In this document: piece by piece, positions 25,627-32,000 of the stretch | Layout: each line of letters starts with the position of its first letter | Position numbering within the stretch: the stretch's first letter is position 1 | NCBI RefSeq assembly: GCF_000092105.1 | Contig: NC_014148.1 | Span: 750,001 to 782,000, forward strand | Reading direction: 5' to 3' | From: Planctopirus limnophila DSM 3776 | GTDB taxonomy: Bacteria > Planctomycetota > Planctomycetia > Planctomycetales > Planctomycetaceae | DNA length: 32,000 nt | Notes under the pieces: generated by a model | What the model was told of the DNA's origin: nothing | What the model saw: the letters and a program-made list of their open reading frames with translations, nothing else | Databases searched by the model: none | Made by a program: the position numbers and the translations under genes

Positions 25627-27072
25627 TTAGTCGTTTCGAAGCTTGAGGTTGTGTTCCGTCAGCTGAGCCCGAATTTCGTTCAGTGACGTCACCCCGAAGT
25701 TCTTGGTAGCAAGGAGTTCGTCGGCACTCTTCTGCACGAGTTCGCCGAGAGTACCAATCTGAAGTCGGGCCATACACTTGCGGGCACGCACCGAGAGATT
25801 CAAATCGGAAACTGGGCGACTGAGCAGTGCCTGCTCCTGTGGCGAAAGGTCATTACCAATCGGAGCAAATGCCGAAGCTGGCATCCCGGCCCAGCTGGCG
25901 TCGCGAGCCTTAGTGGGCTGCAGATTCTGGCCAACTTTGAGGCCATGCTGCTGCATGAGATCGCGGATTTCCACCAGCGATGTTTCACCAAAGTTCTTGC
26001 CCTGGAGAAGATCGCTTTCGCTGACGCGGGTCAGGTCGCCCAGCGTATGGATATCCATACTGGCCAGGCAATTGCGGCTACGAACTGAAAGCTCAAAATC
26101 GGTGACAGGACGGCTGAGCAACTGTGCCATACGGGCCTCGTTGCGAGCCATGTCGTCGTCGTAATACATTTCCTGGGTGGCTTCGATATCTTTCATGTAC
26201 ATGCGGGCACGCACATGATTGGGGTCGAAGGCTAGAATCCGACGGAAACAGAAAGCAGCCGAAGCGTAGTTGCCACGGTCTTCGTACAGAAGGCCCAGGT
26301 TCAGCATAGCTGAAAGATGATAGGGCGGACGGGAAAGAGCCTGCTCGTACAAACGAATCGCTTCAGTGTCGTTGCCGTAGAGAGCATTCTGTTCAGCAAG
26401 GCGGAAGAGTGCCTGGCTGTGGTGAGGATCCATATCGACAGCACGCTCGAAATACTCGATCGCACCGTAGGTGTCACCTCGATCTGAGAGAATGCAGCCC
26501 ATCTGATACGAATACTCAGCGCGGCGGGCACCTTCGGTCCCGGATTGACGGACAGCTTTTTCGGCTTCATCGAGCTGACCAGCCAAACGAATGGCACCGG
26601 CACGTTTCAGGGTACATTCGACGGGGTCGAAACCAGCCTTTGCTGCAGCAGCGAACTTTTCAGCAGCGGCCTCGAATTGATCGAGTGCTTGCAGAACATG
26701 CCCATGGGCATAAAGGGCCACAGGGTCGGTCGTCAAACGGGAAAGAATTTTGTCAGCAATCGCATGCTGCCCGAGCAGCCACGCACCAATCCCGGCACGT
26801 GAAGCGGGCCCGATATCTTCTTTGCCCGCTTCCACTTCACGGATCAGGGCTTCCAACTCAACTCGGGTGGAAGCCACCTGGTCACCGGCAATCGCCCGGC
26901 GAAGCTGAGCCAGATCGTCAGCACTTAAGGAATTCTTACCACTCAGAATTGCACGAACGTCAACCGCTTCCAAAGACTTCAAGGTCGCCTCGCACTTTTT
27001 CACATGTATTACGGCTAATGGCAGAATTGCCACGAACACGAAAGAATAAACAATCCGAACTGCTGACTGCAA
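25627..27072 (-). CDS. TPR-repeat protein with two C-terminal RNA-polymerase alpha-CTD-like (HhH) domains
   Basis: 481-aa ORF with an N-terminal hydrophobic helix and central TPR repeats (AIEYFERAVDMDPHH, AIRLYEQALSRPP, AAFCFRRILAFDPNH). It carries two copies of the alpha-CTD signature: LSRPVTDFELSVRSRNCLASMDIHTLGDLTRVSESDLLQGKNFGETSLVEI (about 25927-26124) and LSRPVSDLNLSVRARKCMARLQIGTLGELVQKSADELLATKNFGVTSLNEI (about 25630-25830). Confidence 0.85.
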   Translation of the reverse strand: MQSAVRIVYSFVFVAILPLAVIHVKKCEATLKSLEAVDVRAILSGKNSLSADDLAQLRRAIAGDQVASTRVELEALIREVEAGKEDIGPASRAGIGAWLLGQHAIADKILSRLTTDPVALYAHGHVLQALDQFEAAAEKFAAAAKAGFDPVECTLKRAGAIRLAGQLDEAEKAVRQSGTEGARRAEYSYQMGCILSDRGDTYGAIEYFERAVDMDPHHSQALFRLAEQNALYGNDTEAIRLYEQALSRPPYHLSAMLNLGLLYEDRGNYASAAFCFRRILAFDPNHVRARMYMKDIEATQEMYYDDDMARNEARMAQLLSRPVTDFELSVRSRNCLASMDIHTLGDLTRVSESDLLQGKNFGETSLVEIRDLMQQHGLKVGQNLQPTKARDASWAGMPASAFAPIGNDLSPQEQALLSRPVSDLNLSVRARKCMARLQIGTLGELVQKSADELLATKNFGVTSLNEIRAQLTEHNLKLRND

Positions 27073-27403
27073 CTCTGACCAATGAATGCGCGATAGCCGA
27101 TCAGCAACATTCGGTTGGCCAAGTGAGAGTTTCCGTCGCCAGAATCGCCTGGAATCAAGCTTCTTTCAGGAGATACGCTGAACTGACAGGAGAGTGTGTG
27201 TTCGTGTGTATATGTGTTTAGCGAGGGCGAGGAATTCAAAAATCCTGTCGAAAGAAGATTGTCTTTCCTAACGTTTCAATTCTCTGGTATCTCGCACTCT
27301 TCAAAAAAGCTCCACTCATGGCATGGAACTTGAGTGTTTGAAATTGATTTTGCTGGTGCTGGGCGGGGTTTTGTTCGTCAACAAAAATGGTGCGGAAAGT
27401 TTT

Positions 27404-27598
27404 ATGAAATGTCCTCGATGTAAAACAACAGATGTTTATCGCAGCCGCTCGGCACAAGCGGGCGTGTTGTCGCTCGTGACGACCATGGCTCGCTGCCACA
27501 GATGCTGTCATCTCTTTCGAGTGGCCGCGTGGAATAACGTTCCAGACGCTCCGCCGGCCCAGGAAAACCAGACATTTCGGAATCGTAGAGCTGCCTGA
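27404..27598 (+). CDS. Small zinc-ribbon protein (CxxC...CxxC)
   Basis: 64 aa counted from ATG 27404: MKCPRCKTTDVYRSRSAQAGVLSLVTTMARCHRCCHLF. The CPxC-x5-YRSR ... CxxC-x2-F pattern resembles a widespread family of small zinc-ribbon proteins. The ORF track extends it to 27323, which seems less likely. It lies between divergent and convergent neighbours. Confidence 0.45.
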   Translation: MKCPRCKTTDVYRSRSAQAGVLSLVTTMARCHRCCHLFRVAAWNNVPDAPPAQENQTFRNRRAA

Positions 27599-27705
27599 AG
27601 ATTTCAAAGTCGTCGAATTTTGTTGTCGATTTCGCTGGCCGCAGTTTCCATCAATTAATTGAAGAGAGTTTCTTCTCTCGTTAATCAACCATACTCTGCT
27701 AACAA

Positions 27706-27739
27706 AAAAGCTGCCAAGCCCAGGGACTTGACAGCTTTT
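27706..27739. terminator. Bidirectional intrinsic terminator (clpC and the zinc-ribbon ORF)
   Basis: Hairpin AAAAGCTG-C-CAAG / CTTG-A-CAGCTTTT with an 8-nt loop. The minus-strand reading gives a GC core stem followed by TTTTTTGTT, 29 nt after the clpC stop. The plus-strand reading gives the stem followed by TTTTG. Confidence 0.65.
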
Positions 27740-27767
27740 GAAATGTCGGTTTGCCACCTTGCTGAAA

Positions 27768-30326
27768 TCAGACAGTCGCTTCACCAGTGGCGACTTCGGC
27801 GACTGCCACAGCAGCTTCTTCCGTCTCGGCGCGGGATGGTTCGAACTCAAGATGCTTGAGTTCTCCCACTTCCTTGACGATGACTTCCACTCGATTACTC
27901 CCCTCAAAAGAGCCTTTGAGTAACTCTTCGGCGAGTGGATCTTCGATGTAGTTCTCGACAGCACGGCGAAGTGGACGAGCACCGTACTCGGTGGCGTTCC
28001 CCTTCTCGACGATAAACTCGCGGGCAGCATCCGTCATGACGAGTTGAATGTTCTTCTCGGCAAGACGTTCGCGAACCTTCGAAAGTTCAATATCGACAAT
28101 CGATTTGAGATGGTCTCGAGTGAGTGGCCGGAAGACGACGAGTTCATCGAGACGGCCCAGGAACTCGGGCTTGAACTCATGCTCGATCTCGTGCATGAGC
28201 CGCTGCTTCATCCGCTCGTAACTCGAATCTTCATCCTGCTTGCCAAAGCCAAATGTATTCCCCTGGCTGATCACCTTGGCACCCGCATTGGTCGTCATGA
28301 TGAAGATCGTGTTCTTGAAATCGACCTTGCGACCAAAGCTGTCGGTCAAATGGCCTTCTTCCATAATCTGGAGCAGCATGTTGAAGACATCAGGATGCGC
28401 CTTTTCGATTTCATCGAGCAGGACAACAGCATAGGGTCGGCGGCGAATTTTCTCAGTGAGCTGGCCACCTTCTTCGTAACCGACATAACCGGGAGGTGCC
28501 CCGATCAAGCGGCTCACGTTGTGCTTCTCCATGTACTCAGACATGTCGATCTGCACGAGGGCATCCTGCTCGCCGAACATGAATTCGGCCAGCGTCTTGG
28601 CTGTCAAAGTCTTGCCGACACCGGTGGGCCCTGCAAACAGGAAGACACCAATCGGTCGCTTGGGGTCTTTGAGACCCGAACGACTGCGGCGCACTGCCTT
28701 GGCCACCTGCTTAATGGCTTCTTCCTGGCTGACAACCCGCTTATGCAGCTCGGCTTCCATCTGCAACAGACGAACTGCGTCTTCACTCGAGAGACGTGTC
28801 AGTGGGATCCCAGTCATCTTCGAGACGACTTCGGCCACGACTTCCGCATCGACGACGCCATCTGTCTCTTTGGACTTTTCACGCCATTCACGATTCAGAT
28901 TTTCTTTTTTCTTTTTGAGCTTGTCGGCCTGATCACGCAGGGCGGCTGCCTTCTCGAAATCCTGATTCGCAACGGCTTCTTCTTTCGCTTGATTGAGCCG
29001 TTCGACTTCGTCTTCGAGTTCCTTCAGATCGGGTGGACGCACCATGGATTTCAGCCGAACGCGAGCACCGGCTTCATCAATGACGTCGATGGCCTTATCA
29101 GGCAGGCAGCGAGATGTGATGTACCGGTTGGAAAGTTCGACGGCCGAGGCCAGCGCATCGTCGGTAATCTGCACGCGGTGGTGCTGTTCGTAACGGTCTC
29201 GAAGGCCCTTGAGGATTTCGACGGTTTGTGTGGCACTGGGCGGCTCGACATCCACACGCTGGAAGCGTCGTTCCAGAGCACCATCCTTCTCGATGTATTT
29301 GCGGTACTCATCGAGAGTGGTCGCTCCAATGCACTGAAGTTCGCCACGGCTAAGTGCGGGCTTCAGCACGTTCGAGGCATCGATAGCCCCTTCGGCACCG
29401 CCAGCACCCACCAGTGTGTGCAATTCATCAATGAAGAGAATGGTGTTCTTCGCACGCTTCACTTCATTCATGACCGCTTTAATGCGTTCTTCAAACTGAC
29501 CGCGATATTTCGTCCCTGCGACCATCATGGCGAGGTCGAGAACCACAATCCGCTTGTCGCGAAGAAGTTCGGGAACAGCACCATCCACCACCATCTGGGC
29601 AAAGCCTTCGACAATGGCGGTCTTGCCGACACCGGCTTCACCCAGCAGCACAGGGTTGTTCTTCTGACGTCGGCAAAGAATCTGAATGACGCGTTCGATT
29701 TCGTTCTCACGGCCAATCACCGGATCGAGTTTCGATTGCCGCGCAAGTTCTGTCAGATCGCGGCCAAAGCTGTCGAGTGCTGGCGTTTTGCTTTTAGAGC
29801 CTTTGCCAGAGGTCGAGCCACTCGTTGACGAGCCAGCGCCGGCGGTCGCAGGGTTGCCGCGTTCGCTGGTCCCTTCGCTCCCTTCAATCCCATGGCCCAG
29901 AAGATTCAGCACTTCTTCGCGGACATCTTCGAGCTTGAGCCCGAGATTCATGAGCACTTGAGCAGCAACACCTTCCTGCTCGCGGATGAGGCCCAGCAGC
30001 AGGTGTTCGGTTCCCACATAGTTATGGTTGAGGTTGCGCGCCTCTTCCATGGCGTACTCGATGACCTTTTTGGCACGAGGTGTCTGGGGAAGCTTCCCCA
30101 TGGTGACGAGTTCTGGGCCGCTTTGGACGATCTTTTCAACTTCGAGCCGAATCTTGCGAAGATCGACATCGAGATTTTTCAGAACGTTTGCCGCAACACC
30201 CGACCCTTCCTTGACCAAGCCGAGAAGGATGTGTTCAGTCCCGATGTATTCGTGATTGAACCGCTGAGCTTCCTGATTGGCAAGCTGCATGACTTTTCGA
30301 GCGCGATCCGTAAAACGTTCGTACAC
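27768..30326 (-). CDS. clpC: ATP-dependent Clp protease ATP-binding subunit ClpC
   Basis: 852-aa ORF with a GTG start and GGAG 8 nt upstream. It has Clp_N repeats ([33 protein letters not shown]), two AAA+ modules with Walker A GEAGVGKT and GPTGVGKT, and a UVR-like linker ([29 protein letters not shown]). Confidence 0.95.
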   Translation of the reverse strand: MYERFTDRARKVMQLANQEAQRFNHEYIGTEHILLGLVKEGSGVAANVLKNLDVDLRKIRLEVEKIVQSGPELVTMGKLPQTPRAKKVIEYAMEEARNLNHNYVGTEHLLLGLIREQEGVAAQVLMNLGLKLEDVREEVLNLLGHGIEGSEGTSERGNPATAGAGSSTSGSTSGKGSKSKTPALDSFGRDLTELARQSKLDPVIGRENEIERVIQILCRRQKNNPVLLGEAGVGKTAIVEGFAQMVVDGAVPELLRDKRIVVLDLAMMVAGTKYRGQFEERIKAVMNEVKRAKNTILFIDELHTLVGAGGAEGAIDASNVLKPALSRGELQCIGATTLDEYRKYIEKDGALERRFQRVDVEPPSATQTVEILKGLRDRYEQHHRVQITDDALASAVELSNRYITSRCLPDKAIDVIDEAGARVRLKSMVRPPDLKELEDEVERLNQAKEEAVANQDFEKAAALRDQADKLKKKKENLNREWREKSKETDGVVDAEVVAEVVSKMTGIPLTRLSSEDAVRLLQMEAELHKRVVSQEEAIKQVAKAVRRSRSGLKDPKRPIGVFLFAGPTGVGKTLTAKTLAEFMFGEQDALVQIDMSEYMEKHNVSRLIGAPPGYVGYEEGGQLTEKIRRRPYAVVLLDEIEKAHPDVFNMLLQIMEEGHLTDSFGRKVDFKNTIFIMTTNAGAKVISQGNTFGFGKQDEDSSYERMKQRLMHEIEHEFKPEFLGRLDELVVFRPLTRDHLKSIVDIELSKVRERLAEKNIQLVMTDAAREFIVEKGNATEYGARPLRRAVENYIEDPLAEELLKGSFEGSNRVEVIVKEVGELKHLEFEPSRAETEEAAVAVAEVATGEATV

Positions 30327-30739
30327 AGCGATTCTCCGATAGTGGAGGGTAGGTCTCCAGTGTCACGTGGCCAGAGCTGGCAACCTGCAAGTCGCCTGCG
30401 AATGCAGGCTGGCAGACAAGTTATACCTTTTTCTGCGACCACTCATAACGATTCCATTAATAATTCAGCAGTTTGCATGCCATGAATCGTGGTTGGGAGT
30501 CGTTCTGACGTGTTTTTGATTCTAGTGGTGGCCAGTGAGTCAGACAAGCTAGACCTTGCCGGTTGTTGAACGACGGAAGTGTAATGCCGATTTTGATATA
30601 AGACTGTTTTCGGCTGGGTGTGCACTGATTGCTCGGGAGAGTCTTCGCCTGGATTTGCAGAAACGATTCTCCTCCTCTGAAAAATTGTTTCGACAATTCC
30701 CGAATTCCAAATGTCCAAACCGAAGGGTTTCTGCCTGCC

Positions 30740-32000
30740 ATGGAACACTTTCTGACAGCCGCTGCCCTGCGTGTCATCGAAGCGGCTCGCGGTCTGACTG
30801 ATGCAACGGTTATGGCTCCTGTGATGCCTGAGGTCTTTTCGCCACATGCCTCAGCGACCCGGTTAAACTCAATGGCCCGGTTAAACAGTGACCAGGTGGT
30901 GGAAGCGGCTTTGTTCTGGGCACTTCTGGAAGAAGAATCCGTCGCCCATCTGAGGATGATCGAACAGGGGCTTGAAATTGATGACCTGCGTCAACGCATG
31001 GAGCGTTTTCTCCCCAGCATGTCGAGTTCCGTCGGCGATGAAACAGATCTGCAGTCGTCGCTCTCGACCGCTTTCGACCGCATGATCCGCCAGGCCCGCC
31101 ACGAGGCGCACAAAGTTTCGCGATCAGAAGTGGGGACTGAACATCTGCTGAGAGCACTGTTTGAAGCGAATGGCTGGCTGACGGCGTGGCTGGCTCAAGA
31201 ACAGATCGCACTGGCGAAACCTGTCGAGGAAATCTCGGGCCCCGCCACTTCTGCCAGCGGGCCACCTCTTGAGCACGAACAAATTTTATTGCCTGAAACC
31301 GCACCGCCTGAAAATCTGACAGCGGTTTACCGTCTGCTCGATGCTTCCGGCAATCGAGCTCGTGAGGGATTGCGTGTCATTGAAGATGCCGTCCGCATGG
31401 TGCGCAACGATGGCTGGTTCTCTCGTGAACTCAAAGAACTCCGGCATCGGCTGACCACAGCTTTACGCATGCTCCCCGAAGAGGCTCTCCTCGCCAGTCG
31501 AGATACCCCCAATGATGTCGGCACACAGATCACGACCATGTCCGAAACCATGCGGGGTTCTGCCAACGATGTGATTGCGGCTGCTTTCAAACGTTTGCAG
31601 GAATCGCTGCGGTCGCTCGAAGAATACGGCAAGATCATCAATGGTTACTTTGCTTCGCGGATCGAAGCGATTCGCTATCAGTCATACACACTCGAAAAAG
31701 CAGTGCGAATCGGGCAGTTCTCCCAGAAAACGCTTGAAGGTCGCGTGCTTTATTTATTGCTGACCGAAAAGCTGTGCCATCGCCCGGTGGGACAAACTTT
31801 ACGGGAAGCATTGCGTGCCGGTGTGGGAATTGTGCAGATCCGTGAGAAATCGATGTCGGATCGCCGCCTCCTCGATCACACTCGTCTCGTGCTGGATCTG
31901 GCCCATGAATACGATGCCCTTGTGATCATGAATGATCGTCCTGACCTGGCCGCTCTGACTCAAGCCGATGGGATCCACGTCGGGCAGGAAGAGTTGACCA
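30740..32000 (+). CDS. thiE: Clp_N-like domain / conserved middle domain / thiamine-phosphate synthase (ThiE) fusion, 3' end cut by window edge
   Basis: The frame is open from ATG 30740 to the window end by my own translation. It is absent from the ORF track because there is no stop. The N-terminus MEHFLTAAALRVIEAARGL ... EVGTEHLLRALFEANG gives two Clp_N-like repeats. From about 31745 the ThiE pattern appears: VLYLLLTE...GVGIVQIREKSMSDRRLL...ALVIMNDRPDLAAL..ADGIHVGQEEL. Confidence 0.8.
   Translation, partial: MEHFLTAAALRVIEAARGLTDATVMAPVMPEVFSPHASATRLNSMARLNSDQVVEAALFWALLEEESVAHLRMIEQGLEIDDLRQRMERFLPSMSSSVGDETDLQSSLSTAFDRMIRQARHEAHKVSRSEVGTEHLLRALFEANGWLTAWLAQEQIALAKPVEEISGPATSASGPPLEHEQILLPETAPPENLTAVYRLLDASGNRAREGLRVIEDAVRMVRNDGWFSRELKELRHRLTTALRMLPEEALLASRDTPNDVGTQITTMSETMRGSANDVIAAAFKRLQESLRSLEEYGKIINGYFASRIEAIRYQSYTLEKAVRIGQFSQKTLEGRVLYLLLTEKLCHRPVGQTLREALRAGVGIVQIREKSMSDRRLLDHTRLVLDLAHEYDALVIMNDRPDLAALTQADGIHVGQEELT

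Noticed and set aside
26409-27221. 270-aa + strand ORF overlapping the TPR/alpha-CTD gene
   Set aside because: It is antisense to a frame with TPR and duplicated alpha-CTD signatures. Its translation is Arg/His/Gln-rich low complexity.
27236-28030. 264-aa minus-strand ORF spanning the clpC-proximal intergenic region
   Set aside because: It overlaps the 3' end of clpC by about 260 nt in another frame and reads through the bidirectional terminator hairpin at 27706-27739. It has a Ser/Arg-rich composition. The + strand zinc-ribbon ORF is the better explanation for part of this region.
28044-29828. 594-aa ORF on the + strand, the second-longest + strand ORF in the track
   Set aside because: It lies entirely antisense to clpC, whose translation carries unmistakable Clp_N, double AAA+ and UVR motifs. 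The antisense translation is low-complexity and has no motifs. Long antisense ORFs are a known artefact of codon bias in GC-rich chaperone genes.
30327-30739. Possible TPP (THI-box) riboswitch upstream of the ThiE-fusion gene
   Set aside because: I could not find the conserved CUGAGA ... ACCUGAUCUGGAUAAUGCCAGCG core on the + strand. Only unrelated short inverted repeats are present, for example CCTGCA-N13-TGCAGG at about 30383-30407. Infernal would be needed for a definitive negative.

Overview
Moderately GC-rich bacterial chromosomal window. The protein families suggest a Planctomycetota-like organism, but that is inference only. From 7.9 kb to 32 kb the content is ordinary housekeeping. It holds a 1283-aa prolyl-oligopeptidase/DUF885 fusion, a DinB-family protein, folC, a His-rich lipoprotein, a membrane GGDEF cyclase, an esterase and an M32 carboxypeptidase. 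It also holds a TlpA-like thioredoxin, an EpmA-like class II ligase, a PQQ-type beta-propeller, an Fe-ADH and a SpoIID/LytB protein. The right end carries a TPR protein with two RpoA-alpha-CTD-like domains, a small zinc-ribbon ORF, clpC, and a 3'-truncated Clp_N-like/ThiE fusion. The left quarter is the unusual part. tRNA-Ser(CGA) at 1522-1608 is followed by about 6.3 kb of + strand small genes: lipoproteins, 4-TM proteins, a secreted HEAT-repeat protein and two small cytoplasmic ORFans, one of them possibly Imm42-like. None has a recognisable enzymatic motif. This block is punctuated by 3 clear copies, plus 1 degenerate copy, of a composite intergenic repeat. The repeat has an imperfect palindrome around GGTTGAAGATCTGATTTC. 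In the two full copies it also has a conserved promoter-like block and a strong hairpin ending just before a conserved ATGTT. I read this as a cassette-like accessory island, possibly an orphan-immunity-type array, but I cannot assign a mechanism. I saw no integrase, transposase, CRISPR array, reverse transcriptase or nuclease. Start codons come from the ORF track, which appears to accept GTG/TTG starts, so they may be off by a few codons.
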